DNA of 64,000 nucleotides from a virus (taxonomy: Duplodnaviria > Heunggongvirae > Uroviricota > Caudoviricetes), in IMG/VR virus record IMGVR_UViG_3300045996_000470, positions 34,667-98,666 of that record. The stretch is one strand, 5' to 3'. Under the pieces are notes generated by a model. It saw nothing but the letters and a program-made list of their open reading frames with translations. It was not told where the DNA came from and searched no databases. Of the stretch, positions 37,412-46,522 are shown one piece after another. Position numbers and translations under genes: made by a program. The first letter of the stretch is position 1. Each line of letters begins with the position of its first letter.

Positions 37412-37632
37412 CCCTTTGCCCACTTTGCAATATCGTGCCAAAGTACCACTAATAGGACTAACCCTATTAGTAAGGTTATAGTCAACATAGATAAAGACAA
37501 TTGCCACGGCATAAGGATTAGACACATTAGGTATACTCCTATAACGCTTATCGCAAGTACCCACATTAAAATAGTTTGTACCGTTAATATATGTCGGTCT
37601 AAAAATAAAATCAATCTCTTTAATGTTTTCAT
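37408..37632 (-). CDS. small membrane protein (two predicted transmembrane helices)
   Basis: 74 aa, hydrophobic LMWVLAISVIGVYLMCLILMP / TITLLIGLVLLVVLW. Confidence 0.35.
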   Translation of the reverse strand: MKTLKRLILFLDRHILTVQTILMWVLAISVIGVYLMCLILMPWQLSLSMLTITLLIGLVLLVVLWHDIAKWAKG

Positions 37633-37646
37633 ATTGCGGAGAATTT

Positions 37647-38675
37647 TTAATTGGCATCCTCCGAAACCATCTTAAAGACTCTTGTAACTTCTGGACGAAT
37701 TAACTTCCAGATATTATCTGAATAGTCTTTGCCATCTAACATATGAAAAAGAATAGAAGGATACTTATAGTTTTGATAATGCAAAGCATTAGTCTTTCTA
37801 TCACCCAAGTCAATAAAGAAAATCTTTGCTGTCAATTCTATTTCGTTATACTTCTCTTGCAACTCAGTCCTAACTTCTTCTACGAAATCGTAGAACTCGT
37901 CAGGAGTTCCTTCAAGAAGTTCCTCAAGAGTACCGTTCCTCATTGCTTCCCAAACAGTCTTTTCAGAGACGCCTGTAATCAAACGGTGAAGTCTCTTGTA
38001 CTCCTCTAACTTAATCTTGACACGTTCGCCATTAGAATATCTTAGTACAAACCCCTCAAGATTAGGCTCCTCGTAAGAAAGAATCTCTTCTAAAGAGTCA
38101 AAGGAATAAACCTTTGGAGTACGAAACCCGTACATCTTTGCAAGCTTCTTGTAATAAACAGCAGTAAACTCCTGCCCATGCTGCCAAACAGATAACAATA
38201 CTACGTCAGAGAAGTCGTAATTAACTACGACACGGTTCTCAGGATAAATAACTTCAAAGATAAACGTGTATCCTTCAAGCGGTAAGAAATCTCCAAGCAA
38301 CTCCTTTCCTCTCTTAGCTTGGTCTGATACAAATGAACCACGAGTCGCTGTTACCAACTGTCCCTGATACATCACAGCAACAAGCATAGACCCGTCCATC
38401 TTTTCTTCGACTACGAAATCACCTTCTGGCAACTTGCCATCAAGCTGTTCGTAAGAAAAGAACTTCTTAAAAGGACGAGCAACAATATTCCCCTCACCGT
38501 CAGCTATTAAGCCTCGGCAGTTAAGGGTAACATCATTCCAGACCCAAGCAAACTGAGTGTTAGCAGTGTAGTTGTACACCCACAAGTCTAACTCAGGGTG
38601 CTTCTCACGCTTAACCATCTTGTCTGTCAAGGCTTGGTCTAATGCTTCTTGTGTAAATAAATCAGTTAATTTCAT
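37647..38675 (-). CDS. ATP-dependent RNA ligase (Rnl1-like; nucleotidyltransferase motif I KMDGS)
   Basis: 342 aa; motif I VVEEKMDGSMLVAV (compare T4 Rnl1 KEDGSL); size and context fit an RNA ligase rather than the DNA ligase, which is found elsewhere. Confidence 0.45.
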   Translation of the reverse strand: MKLTDLFTQEALDQALTDKMVKREKHPELDLWVYNYTANTQFAWVWNDVTLNCRGLIADGEGNIVARPFKKFFSYEQLDGKLPEGDFVVEEKMDGSMLVAVMYQGQLVTATRGSFVSDQAKRGKELLGDFLPLEGYTFIFEVIYPENRVVVNYDFSDVVLLSVWQHGQEFTAVYYKKLAKMYGFRTPKVYSFDSLEEILSYEEPNLEGFVLRYSNGERVKIKLEEYKRLHRLITGVSEKTVWEAMRNGTLEELLEGTPDEFYDFVEEVRTELQEKYNEIELTAKIFFIDLGDRKTNALHYQNYKYPSILFHMLDGKDYSDNIWKLIRPEVTRVFKMVSEDAN

Positions 38676-38863
38676 TAGTTTTTAGGATAAAACTTTTCAG
38701 TGAATCCTTGCCCTTTAAATACGGGAGGAGAGGTTTTTGAATAAGCCCTCTCTGCTTTGTTCCCACACGACTCACACACTGCTTCGTCGTCCCTCTTATC
38801 TATCCTACGAATTTCTTCAAAGGATTCGTCACACCTCTTACAGTAGAACTCATACATCGGCAT
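38675..38863 (-). CDS. FmdB-family zinc-ribbon protein
   Basis: 62 aa; MPMYEFYCKRCDESFE...CESCGNK. Confidence 0.5.
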   Translation of the reverse strand: MPMYEFYCKRCDESFEEIRRIDKRDDEAVCESCGNKAERAYSKTSPPVFKGQGFTEKFYPKN

Positions 38864-38865
38864 AA

Positions 38866-39204
38866 TTAATAACAGTCCGGTACACTAATATGGAAGTGAG
38901 GGGCAGTCCAGACCTTTTGCCCTCTAGGACGCTTCCTTTCGTCCACTACTATGTAACCCCACTTTGTTAAAACCTCTGTTAACATCGCCATATGAAAGGT
39001 TGTCCTTCCCTTGACGCTTACGTCTATAGCTTTTCCTCGGTAATGCTTGCTTCGAGCGTTATGAGGTCCCCCCATTTCGGAACTGACTCTCCATCCCATT
39101 TTCACTACTATGTCTTTTAAATCTTTGTAGTTAGTCTGACAAACCTGTGAGAAACCGTTCCCACAAAAACAAATAAGTAATACGAAAATTACGATAACTT
39201 TCAT
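38866..39204 (-). CDS. peptidase M15-type peptidoglycan hydrolase with signal peptide (endolysin candidate)
   Basis: 112 aa; signal peptide MKVIVIFVLLICFCGNGFSQ; zinc-binding motif SKHYRGKAIDV (SxHxxGxAxD) and a downstream HFHI, as in L-Ala-D-Glu peptidases / VanY-like M15. Confidence 0.55.
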   Translation of the reverse strand: MKVIVIFVLLICFCGNGFSQVCQTNYKDLKDIVVKMGWRVSSEMGGPHNARSKHYRGKAIDVSVKGRTTFHMAMLTEVLTKWGYIVVDERKRPRGQKVWTAPHFHISVPDCY

Positions 39205-39211
39205 ACTACTT

Positions 39212-39239
39212 ATTATACAAACTTTTGGATAATTGTCAA
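39212..39239 (-). promoter_or_regulatory. leaderless sigma70-type promoter (copy 4)
   Basis: - strand TTGACA, 16 nt, TATAAT, 7 nt, ATG (39204). Confidence 0.55.
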
Positions 39240-39243
39240 GGGG

Positions 39244-39738
39244 CTACGTTTTTGGGGTGTCTATCCAGCCTAAAGTGTAAAATGGGGGATTCTTCTTAAG
39301 TCCTTCTGCTTCCATACAGAGGTCTCGCATCCACTTACTCCACTTCTCTGCATCCTCACCTTCTATCGAGCGTATAATGACCTTGCCCTCGTCGTCTTTA
39401 AGTTCTATCTCTAAACGACTTACTTGGACAGGGTACTTAACAATCTCGTCGGTAATCCTTTCTATGGCTTCTTGTTTAGCTTCTTCTTTTTTCTTTGTGG
39501 GAGGAACTTCTAGAATTTCCGTAAGTCTACGTGCTTCAATGTTTACAAGCCTGTTTTCAGGGTAGAGGACACGCACCCAACCGTCAGGGAGTATTTCGTC
39601 TAGCTTGACTTCTACTTCTCTGTTACCGTCAATAATATATCTAGCGCCAATCTTTTCTTGCGTAATTGTTTTCATAGGATTTTTAGAATCTCTATCGTTG
39701 CTGTTATTATTATAGTACGGGAACATTGGCATTGTCAA
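39244..39738 (-). CDS. hypothetical protein
   Basis: 164 aa; no recognised motif. Confidence 0.35.
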   Translation of the reverse strand: MTMPMFPYYNNNSNDRDSKNPMKTITQEKIGARYIIDGNREVEVKLDEILPDGWVRVLYPENRLVNIEARRLTEILEVPPTKKKEEAKQEAIERITDEIVKYPVQVSRLEIELKDDEGKVIIRSIEGEDAEKWSKWMRDLCMEAEGLKKNPPFYTLGWIDTPKT

Positions 39739-39950
39739 ACTCCTTCGATGTCTGTTACTTGTCTAAAGCCTCGACTTATCCTCACTAATCCAAAACAAAT
39801 TAACGCCATTGCCAGCCTAGAGAACCATTTCCAGTTGTCCCCTGTACCAAACTCTGTAAACATATAAATGCTTCCCGAAATGAAAAACAAAAAAGCATTT
39901 ACAATCAATATGGCTTCGAGAGCGTAATCAAAATCTCTAGATTTTGTCAT
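39735..39950 (-). CDS. small membrane protein
   Basis: 71 aa; two hydrophobic helices. Confidence 0.35.
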   Translation of the reverse strand: MTKSRDFDYALEAILIVNAFLFFISGSIYMFTEFGTGDNWKWFSRLAMALICFGLVRISRGFRQVTDIEGV

Positions 39951-40162
39951 TTTAAAATATCCCCTTCTTTATATTTGCAGCCTTCCTCGGAAGCCTGTAC
40001 CCAAATAATTCCCCATCCTTTAGTTTCCGGTTCAACCCTTAGCCAGCAAGATTTTCCATCAGGATTAAAGTGAACTCGTTCTACCTTCACTGGGTATTTG
40101 ATGTACGTATTACAGCCAAAAGAAAACAAACCCAAGAGTAAAATTAACAATATACCTTTCAT
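39947..40162 (-). CDS. small lipoprotein
   Basis: 71 aa; lipobox LFSFG-C. Confidence 0.35.
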   Translation of the reverse strand: MKGILLILLLGLFSFGCNTYIKYPVKVERVHFNPDGKSCWLRVEPETKGWGIIWVQASEEGCKYKEGDILK

Positions 40163-40740
40163 ATCCCCCCGACAGAAGCTAAGGCTGGCTGCGAGACTAT
40201 CGCAACCAACCTCTTATAAACTTCAACCGTAGCTAAAGTATCGTACCTAGCCTCGTGAGCGTTGCCCTCTATTTGAATACCGAAATACTCAATAAGATTT
40301 CCTAAGCTCACTGATTCAACTGGAAGTCGACCATTCAATTGCAAGAATCTTGCAACCAACATAGTGTCAAGCGCCCGATGTGAAACAAAATTATCCAAAG
40401 AACCCTTAGAAATAATCGTGTCAACGATAAAGTCAACATCAAATTGAACGTTTTGTCCAAGAGGAATTAACTTCTCTTCTCCTCGGTTTTTCTCTAAGAA
40501 CTTATACAGAATAGTCTTTGCGTCCTTATAAGGGATAGCCTTCTCAGCTAACTCGATAAGGTTAATCTTGTTGACTGTAAGACCTTGTGGTTGAACCCTA
40601 TAGATTCCATCGTCCGGAATCAAGTTCAAATCCAACTCGTCTATAAGCTTTAAGTCCTTATCCAAGACAGCAAAATAAGCAGTCAATAGAGAAACTTCTT
40701 TCCCTAGACCACCTGATTCAATGTCGAATGCTAAAAACAT
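40159..40740 (-). CDS. DEDDh 3'-5' exonuclease (DnaQ/oligoribonuclease-like)
   Basis: 193 aa; FDIESGG (Exo I), NVQFDVDFI (Exo II), NAHEARYDTLAT (Exo III with His). Confidence 0.6.
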   Translation of the reverse strand: MFLAFDIESGGLGKEVSLLTAYFAVLDKDLKLIDELDLNLIPDDGIYRVQPQGLTVNKINLIELAEKAIPYKDAKTILYKFLEKNRGEEKLIPLGQNVQFDVDFIVDTIISKGSLDNFVSHRALDTMLVARFLQLNGRLPVESVSLGNLIEYFGIQIEGNAHEARYDTLATVEVYKRLVAIVSQPALASVGGI

Positions 40741-40749
40741 TATTTCTCC

Positions 40750-41052
40750 TTAAGCTGTTGCCTGTTTACTTTCTTCCTTCGGCTCTTCCTTTTTTACCGC
40801 AGGAAGTTTATCATCTATATCAAAATCAAAAGGATTCATCATCCCTGTATTGTCGTACCTTACGTACCTTTTAATTGCAACCTCAGGAAGAATGTAAGAT
40901 TCTCCTGTAGTCACAACCCACGCTCGGTCTTTCCAAACACCAATTTTTACTCCTAACTGCTCGCTCATTGCGATGGCAATAGGACAAAGCATTTCGCATC
41001 CTTTACCACCAAAACCTCTGTCAATATGCCTTTGATAAACATTAATTCTCAT
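40750..41052 (-). CDS. hypothetical protein
   Basis: 100 aa. Confidence 0.35.
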   Translation of the reverse strand: MRINVYQRHIDRGFGGKGCEMLCPIAIAMSEQLGVKIGVWKDRAWVVTTGESYILPEVAIKRYVRYDNTGMMNPFDFDIDDKLPAVKKEEPKEESKQATA

Positions 41053-41058
41053 ATTGTT

Positions 41059-41086
41059 ATTATACTTGATTTTGTCTGATTGTCAA
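41059..41086 (-). promoter_or_regulatory. leaderless sigma70-type promoter (copy 5)
   Basis: - strand TTGACA, 16 nt, TATAAT, 6 nt, ATG (41052). Confidence 0.55.
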
Positions 41087-41090
41087 GGGG

Positions 41091-41531
41091 TTAAAACCCG
41101 TACACACTCTCTATATCAAATACGATTCCTCGACAGAAAGGCTCTCCCTCTTCTAACATAGTAAACGTGGCATGGGGTATAGCTGTAACATAACTCCACG
41201 GTATGTCATCTACGTCCCACAAAGCTACGACTTCTGAGGCGCCCGAATCTTTTCTTCTAAAGTAGGCGCGAACCTCGTCCTCGTTCTCTTTCTCTAAGGT
41301 ATCCCAATCCGGTATGATTCCTTCCTTATCAAATTTGACTGTAGTACGTTCTCCTACATTAGTTTCGTCGTAGATAGCCCCGTCAAACTCGATTATATCG
41401 TCGCCATATCCGTAGACAATAACTAGCCCGTTTTCTCTTGCTGTATCTATGGCGACTTGGGGCATTCCTAAGTTTACATCCATGCCCTCTAACACTTCAG
41501 CCATAGCTTCTTTAGTTATTTCTTTATACAT
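41091..41531 (-). CDS. hypothetical acidic protein
   Basis: 146 aa. Confidence 0.35.
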   Translation of the reverse strand: MYKEITKEAMAEVLEGMDVNLGMPQVAIDTARENGLVIVYGYGDDIIEFDGAIYDETNVGERTTVKFDKEGIIPDWDTLEKENEDEVRAYFRRKDSGASEVVALWDVDDIPWSYVTAIPHATFTMLEEGEPFCRGIVFDIESVYGF

Positions 41532-41811
41532 CCAAAGTCCCTGCCTTTCTAGATACTTCTAAGAAATGCTTTATCTTTTCCTTTTTAGCCTCAACCTTTT
41601 CCATATCAACGCCAATAGGAATACCCTCCTCTTGCAACATTTCTATTATCCCATACAAGTCGCTAAGTTCATTGTTGATGATTTCTAGATTAAGTAGTCC
41701 AGATTTAGGTTGTGTGTTAGTTAATCCAAAGCGCTTAGTTTTAGACATAGCTTGGATTAATTCTGCACATTCTTCCTGTGCGATTGTCCAAAGATGTTCT
41801 CGTCTATTCAT
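41524..41811 (-). CDS. MazG-like nucleotide pyrophosphohydrolase (all-alpha NTP-PPase)
   Basis: 95 aa; WTIAQEECAELIQAMSK ... ELSDLYGIIEML pattern of MazG-type EExxE/EL helices. Confidence 0.45.
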   Translation of the reverse strand: MNRREHLWTIAQEECAELIQAMSKTKRFGLTNTQPKSGLLNLEIINNELSDLYGIIEMLQEEGIPIGVDMEKVEAKKEKIKHFLEVSRKAGTLDV

Positions 41812-42037
41812 TGTGTATATACCCCAGTGTATGGTGCGGAGCTAAATAGTTGTACTCTAGTACCCATTTCAATCCCAATATTTCAATCATAGATTCAATA
41901 CAAATTGTTTTATATCTATCTCTTACCTTTTCGTAATCCTTGTGTTCCGGATTCAACTTTTGTAAGACAGTAAAGGCATTGTTCCACGTACTGTTTAACC
42001 TATCTATTCTATCTTTTATTTGTTCTTCATTTTTCAT
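41804..42037 (-). CDS. hypothetical protein
   Basis: 77 aa. Confidence 0.3.
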   Translation of the reverse strand: MKNEEQIKDRIDRLNSTWNNAFTVLQKLNPEHKDYEKVRDRYKTICIESMIEILGLKWVLEYNYLAPHHTLGYIHNE

Positions 42038-42555
42038 GGAAGTAAAATGTTTTTAATCATTTGAATGCCAGTATCCAAGTCCTGCGCCTCCCACCCGACA
42101 CTTTGCGTAATCAGTCCGTGGCGATGGATGTTGCCGTCATTAGTAACTAGTACGCAAGGTTTTCGATAGGCATAGCCCCAAGCAACTTCCATTACTGTAC
42201 CGATAGAGACTCGTTTAACATCTAAAAGATTAAAGAGTATGGCATCAGCCGTCTGGCAATCCCAGTGGTCACGATTAAGAATTTGTGACAGGGGAGTAAC
42301 TGTTTCTCCTTTATGGTGTTCAGGCATCCCTGCCATAGCGTTAAGATATCCTTTCGCCCTCATAGGGGAATAAGCTGTAATATTACTAGGCTTTATTAGC
42401 TTATTCCCTGTTTGTGGGTGAGTCAAGGCGCTGCCGTCCACATCATAGAGGTGAGTAAAGGCTAATTGCTCTTTGGCATATTCTCTCCAATTAGTTGCGC
42501 CATGAAATGTTTGCCCTGAGATTGGGCCTGCTAAGTAAACTTTATAGTATTTCAT
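42034..42555 (-). CDS. nucleoside 2-deoxyribosyltransferase-like protein
   Basis: 173 aa; KVYLAGPISG near the N-terminus and SIGTVMEVAWGYAYRKPCVLV near the C-terminus match the NDT/DNPH1(Rcl) family signature. Confidence 0.6.
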   Translation of the reverse strand: MKYYKVYLAGPISGQTFHGATNWREYAKEQLAFTHLYDVDGSALTHPQTGNKLIKPSNITAYSPMRAKGYLNAMAGMPEHHKGETVTPLSQILNRDHWDCQTADAILFNLLDVKRVSIGTVMEVAWGYAYRKPCVLVTNDGNIHRHGLITQSVGWEAQDLDTGIQMIKNILLP

Positions 42556-42860
42556 AATTCTTTTTCATCAACAATCTTCTCTAAAATTTCTACCTTGACA
42601 AGCCTGTATTGCCAACCCTCTGCTTTGGCTCTTTCTATATGACCATCACGATACCCTGCCCTACTTTTCTTATAGTTAGCCACAGCAACATTACCGCTAA
42701 CAGGACTAGAGGCTACTGTTTTCCACTCTAAGTACCATTCCTTTTCAGGGTGTCGGGATTGTAGGTCATACCTAATTTTCATTACTCTTTCTCCAAAATC
42801 TGAATCAGGTAAACTATTCCGTCTGACTCCACTATCCTCAATTTGCCTCTCAATTTCCAC
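42552..42860 (-). CDS. hypothetical protein (GTG start in the track)
   Basis: 102 aa. Confidence 0.3.
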   Translation of the reverse strand: MEIERQIEDSGVRRNSLPDSDFGERVMKIRYDLQSRHPEKEWYLEWKTVASSPVSGNVAVANYKKSRAGYRDGHIERAKAEGWQYRLVKVEILEKIVDEKEL

Positions 42861-42941
42861 TTAGCCCAACCGTTCTCCGAGAGAAGTCTATTTATTTCCT
42901 GATTAAATTCAAAAACTTCAGATAGTTGTCTCTTGACTACC

Positions 42942-43199
42942 TTATAAGTATCCATTTTTCTCGTTGTACTCCCTTAAAAACTTTTGTGTTCTGCTCTCTT
43001 CCGGACAACCGTTTGGATGTTCACAACAACTTGGGTGAACCGAGTACTCCGCAGGAATCCAGTTACCTTCCTTAAAATTCTCCTTGCGCAGAATTACTTC
43101 ATGCTCTTTCTGGTCGGGAGTGACAATGCAAATGTTAACCCACCTTCCATTATCCTCCCAACTTCCTATATATACTACTGCGTTAGCTTTTAACCCCAT
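42942..43199 (-). CDS. hypothetical protein
   Basis: 85 aa. Confidence 0.3.
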   Translation of the reverse strand: MGLKANAVVYIGSWEDNGRWVNICIVTPDQKEHEVILRKENFKEGNWIPAEYSVHPSCCEHPNGCPEESRTQKFLREYNEKNGYL

Positions 43200-43393
43200 A
43201 CCAAGTCCCTTCCTATAAGTTTCCCTATTGTCTTTAATTTCTTTTCAGGCGTTACTTCGCAGACGGCGATAATAGTGCCCTTTCCACAACTTAATGCCCA
43301 TAAGTGTTTGCCCAATCTAACTCTAACATTTTCAGGTTCCGTTGGATACACTTCTCTAATTTTTGCTATCTGCTCTTCCATAATCGGTGACAC
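43190..43393 (-). CDS. hypothetical protein
   Basis: 67 aa. Confidence 0.3.
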   Translation of the reverse strand: MSPIMEEQIAKIREVYPTEPENVRVRLGKHLWALSCGKGTIIAVCEVTPEKKLKTIGKLIGRDLVWG

Positions 43394-43461
43394 TTATTTA
43401 CTGAGTCCCTATTCGTGTCCATCCATTAGGGTATCACCCCACAACAGAAACGTCCACAATT

Positions 43462-43698
43462 CTATGCATAGCCTCTAAAAATAGAGGCTGTTAACCATTG
43501 CAATGCGCTTACTATATCTTCATCGCTTGCAGTTTCTAGCCATTCATCTTCCCAAACCCTTAAGTTTTGGTCTCTGAGAATGCTCCAACGGCTCATTCCT
43601 TTAGGGGGACGAGTAGTTAAACCAAATTCGTCCCGCCAATTTTTAATCCTACCTATGACTATTTCTCTCATATTAAAACTCGTGATAAGGGTTACCAA
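43462..43698 (-). CDS. hypothetical protein
   Basis: 78 aa. Confidence 0.3.
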   Translation of the reverse strand: MVTLITSFNMREIVIGRIKNWRDEFGLTTRPPKGMSRWSILRDQNLRVWEDEWLETASDEDIVSALQWLTASIFRGYA

Positions 43699-44575
43699 AC
43701 TGCATCAGAGGGAGTCCCTCTTCTGCCCACAGTTCCCTACACACCTGAGGTCTATCGTCAACAACAAGGTACACAAGGTATTTGTTCTTAATATGCTCCT
43801 CATAAAGCTCTCTTTTGATAATAGAATCCTTCCTAGAATCCCCTGCTTTTCTCATATACAGGTGGTCGTAAGCAATTCCATGTGCTTTCAACCAATTCTC
43901 GGTAGGAGTTCTACCCAAATCTTCCTTACGGCCTGACAGGCAGATAAGAGTTACGTCCTCTCTGTCAGCGTACATCTTAGCGATATCCACCACCGGCAAG
44001 TTAGGGAGGTCTTCGTGACACCTAGTCTCGTCAAATGGTGAACGCCCGTTCATCAGCGCAAGAGTACCATCAAGGTCAAAAATGACTGCCTTCGGTTTAT
44101 CGCCGTAGTAGTAATTGCAATCTGTGTAAAGCTTCTTCGGAGGAAGAAACTCTGCCTTCTGTTTCATAATAACCTTCTTCCAAAAGTCCTTACCTTCTGG
44201 ACGATTGGCACAACGCTCGATACAAACATCTATCGGAACGTCTGAAAAATCCTTTACCTCAAAATCATACTGCTCCCTGTACTTCGGGAACACAAGCGCC
44301 TTCACATTCTTTATGTGAAGCTTGTTGAGATTCGTGTCAGCTACGATAACTGACTGTCCCTTCTCAAGAGCCTTCATAATAAGTTCGTTACGCTTCTCAA
44401 CAACTTTAGATTCCTTCACTCTCTTTTCGTTGTCGCCAACAACAGCACCCATTGATGCACGAATATCATCCTTGCATACGATTACTGTGTTAGGATTAGC
44501 AGACACGTACTCATTAGCCCAAGTAGTTTTGCCTGAGCCTGAAAGTCCGTATGTCATTATCACCTTATTCTTCAT
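43673..44575 (-). CDS. pnk: polynucleotide kinase-phosphatase (T4 Pnk-like: 5'-kinase + 3'-phosphatase)
   Basis: 300 aa (T4 Pnkp is 301 aa); N-terminal P-loop GLSGSGKTTWANEY; C-terminal HAD phosphatase motif I VIFDLDGTLA plus a downstream DDR. Confidence 0.8.
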   Translation of the reverse strand: MKNKVIMTYGLSGSGKTTWANEYVSANPNTVIVCKDDIRASMGAVVGDNEKRVKESKVVEKRNELIMKALEKGQSVIVADTNLNKLHIKNVKALVFPKYREQYDFEVKDFSDVPIDVCIERCANRPEGKDFWKKVIMKQKAEFLPPKKLYTDCNYYYGDKPKAVIFDLDGTLALMNGRSPFDETRCHEDLPNLPVVDIAKMYADREDVTLICLSGRKEDLGRTPTENWLKAHGIAYDHLYMRKAGDSRKDSIIKRELYEEHIKNKYLVYLVVDDRPQVCRELWAEEGLPLMQFGNPYHEF

Positions 44576-44744
44576 CTATCCACCCTAAAATAGCTAACAC
44601 TATTGCTAGCAATCCTATTCCTACAACTCCTCCGAAATTAAATGCCAGTAAATTTATAAACTGCTCTCCTAAATATCCTGTAACTGCAAAGTACAGGGTT
44701 TGGAGTATTAAAAATAGCAAAATAGTAATCATTCCTCTTATCAT
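44565..44744 (-). CDS. small membrane protein (unannotated mini-ORF)
   Basis: 59 aa MIRGMITILLFLILQTLYFAVTGYL...; ATGA overlap with the upstream gene stop, and its own stop overlaps the pnk start. Confidence 0.3.
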   Translation of the reverse strand: MIRGMITILLFLILQTLYFAVTGYLGEQFINLLAFNFGGVVGIGLLAIVLAILGWIDEE

Positions 44745-44971
44745 TTATCTTCCCCCAAAAATCCGTACTTCAAAAGTCGGCTGTGCAACTCCGCTTCAAG
44801 GATTTCGTACTGCCTTCTTCCTTTGTCAGTGAAACAACCATCGTAGTCGTCTCCACCCGCTAAATCTAGAGTCTCTCTTAGAAGCTCCTCGTTAGACATC
44901 TGACTAACTCTCTCGTGAAATGCACTCATCTTTCTATCCTCTCCGTCCAAATCTTTCTGCAAACCATACAC
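44741..44971 (-). CDS. hypothetical protein
   Basis: 76 aa. Confidence 0.3.
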   Translation of the reverse strand: MYGLQKDLDGEDRKMSAFHERVSQMSNEELLRETLDLAGGDDYDGCFTDKGRRQYEILEAELHSRLLKYGFLGEDK

Positions 44972-45408
44972 TGCTTTCTATCTTCACTCCACCCAGCACA
45001 TACAGTCGTTGATATTGTGAGAGCATTTTCGTGCTGACAATCCCAAGACTTGATTGTATCTTGAACATTCTGCTCTACCTTAGCTAACTGTTTCTTAGCC
45101 CCTTCCAATCTAAGTTCTGCTCTACGTACTTCGTCCTTTGCCCTTGCGAGAGTAGCCTCAATAGCCTTGTCTAAGTCTGCGTACAAGTCCGTGTAATCTT
45201 CGCAACAGAATGGTTCAGTCTGCCAGACTCCATTCTCTTTAAGCTGCACATTTTCTGCAATGACGTACCTTGTAAAATCTCCGAGGTCTATACCATATAC
45301 TGTTAGCCCAGCGACAATAGGAACTCCATCAACAGTAATAGCATTAGTTCTGTTGCGCTCTTCGTAAAGCGCTTTAATTTCTGCATTGATTTCTTCTTTA
45401 GTTCTCAT
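44926..45408 (-). CDS. hypothetical protein with coiled coil and C-terminal Cys cluster
   Basis: 160 aa. Confidence 0.3.
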   Translation of the reverse strand: MRTKEEINAEIKALYEERNRTNAITVDGVPIVAGLTVYGIDLGDFTRYVIAENVQLKENGVWQTEPFCCEDYTDLYADLDKAIEATLARAKDEVRRAELRLEGAKKQLAKVEQNVQDTIKSWDCQHENALTISTTVCAGWSEDRKQCMVCRKIWTERIER

Positions 45409-45652
45409 TTATCTTAACTGTACTCTCGGAATCTTTTTGCTTGCTTGTATGCTCAAACATAGTTCCATCTTTGTCTAATTGTCTGATAATTAGTTGAATA
45501 TATCTTTCTGGTCTGTTGTATCTTTGAGACCCTTCCTCTATACGTTCTACGATGGCTTTCGTCACGCCGTTAGAGATACAGACTATCCAATCGCCAACAC
45601 GTATCTCGTTCCCGTAATAATCTTTTGCTGATTCTAATGTTCTTCTAGCCAT
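45398..45652 (-). CDS. hypothetical protein, paralog of 45645-45866
   Basis: 84 aa; shared core VGDWIVCISNG...IVERIEEG..RYNRPERYIQLIIRQLDKDG versus VVFSWAGTLYKGIIERIRPV...PPRYELTIRPLNADG. Confidence 0.35.
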   Translation of the reverse strand: MARRTLESAKDYYGNEIRVGDWIVCISNGVTKAIVERIEEGSQRYNRPERYIQLIIRQLDKDGTMFEHTSKQKDSESTVKINEN

Positions 45653-45866
45653 TTATCTTAATCGTAGTGTACGAACACTTAACTTTAGCTGTAGTCTCAT
45701 ACGCCTCTCCATCTGCATTCAAGGGTCTAATCGTCAACTCGTATCTTGGAGGGATAGACCTGACCGGACGTATCCTTTCTATGATTCCCTTGTAAAGAGT
45801 TCCAGCCCAACTAAAGACTACCATATCGGTTTCTATTAGTGGAGTCCCATACGTATCAGTTGCCAT
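45645..45866 (-). CDS. hypothetical protein, paralog of 45398-45652
   Basis: ~73 aa from the ATG at 45866 (the track starts at a TTG at 45872); leaderless promoter immediately upstream. Confidence 0.35.
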   Translation of the reverse strand: MATDTYGTPLIETDMVVFSWAGTLYKGIIERIRPVRSIPPRYELTIRPLNADGEAYETTAKVKCSYTTIKING

Positions 45867-45873
45867 ATTCAAT

Positions 45874-45902
45874 ATAATACACTATTTTGTATAATTGTCA
45901 AG
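45874..45902 (-). promoter_or_regulatory. leaderless sigma70-type promoter (copy 6)
   Basis: - strand TTGACA, 17 nt, TATTAT, 7 nt, ATG (45866). Confidence 0.5.
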
Positions 45903-45905
45903 AGG

Positions 45906-46253
45906 TTATCGTCTTCCAAATCTAGCTGGTATGGGAAATCCTCTAGCTACTGCCCATCTATCAAGCCGAGGAGCCGTAAGTTCTGTTTGCTGTGGTTCCG
46001 CACGTCTTTCGTACGAAGCAGCCCTATTTTTTAGGATGCTGGCTAAGTGTAGACAACATTCCCTATGGGTATGAAATAACTTACGCTTTAAAGTAGTTTC
46101 GTGTATCAAATAAACCTTATTTGTATTACTGCGACAAAATCTGTAGGCTTTCCTGCCCTTAACTTTGTTCATCAAATCCAACGGCACTGTTGTAATTTTT
46201 CTGCTATCACAAAACCAATAACTTCCTCCCGGTATCAATTCCTCTATTGTCAT
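45906..46253 (-). CDS. hypothetical basic protein whose C-terminus carries WAVARGFP (also found in the capsid candidate)
   Basis: 115 aa; C-terminus APRLDRWAVARGFPIPARFGRR. Confidence 0.3.
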   Translation of the reverse strand: MTIEELIPGGSYWFCDSRKITTVPLDLMNKVKGRKAYRFCRSNTNKVYLIHETTLKRKLFHTHRECCLHLASILKNRAASYERRAEPQQTELTAPRLDRWAVARGFPIPARFGRR

Positions 46254-46522
46254 TACTTGTAAGCCTCCAAAATTTCTTCTAGCTTATTTTTACTCACCGC
46301 CCCGACGACTCTATCTACTTCCTCTCCATCCTTTAAGAACAGGAAAGTAGGCACAGCCCTTATGCCATACTCGGTTACCATCGTAGAAGCTTCTTCTACA
46401 TTCAGCCTCTCCACATCGTAAGTTTGTGCTAACTCTTCTACGATAGGGTGCATCTGCTTGCAAGGGGGACAGCCCTCTCCCCAAAAATTAATCATCTTTA
46501 CCATATTATTCCTCTGTTTCAA
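46253..46522 (-). CDS. thioredoxin-family protein (CPPC active site)
   Basis: 89 aa; WGEGCPPCKQMHP followed by the thioredoxin fold pattern VPTFLF...GEEVDRVVGA. Confidence 0.7.
   Translation of the reverse strand: MKQRNNMVKMINFWGEGCPPCKQMHPIVEELAQTYDVERLNVEEASTMVTEYGIRAVPTFLFLKDGEEVDRVVGAVSKNKLEEILEAYK

Noticed and set aside
39735-40162. Holin/antiholin pair next to the exonuclease gene, assumed because both ORFs are small membrane proteins or lipoproteins
   Set aside because: They are not adjacent to the endolysin candidate and have no dual-start motif. Small membrane ORFs are scattered throughout this block, so the assignment would be arbitrary.
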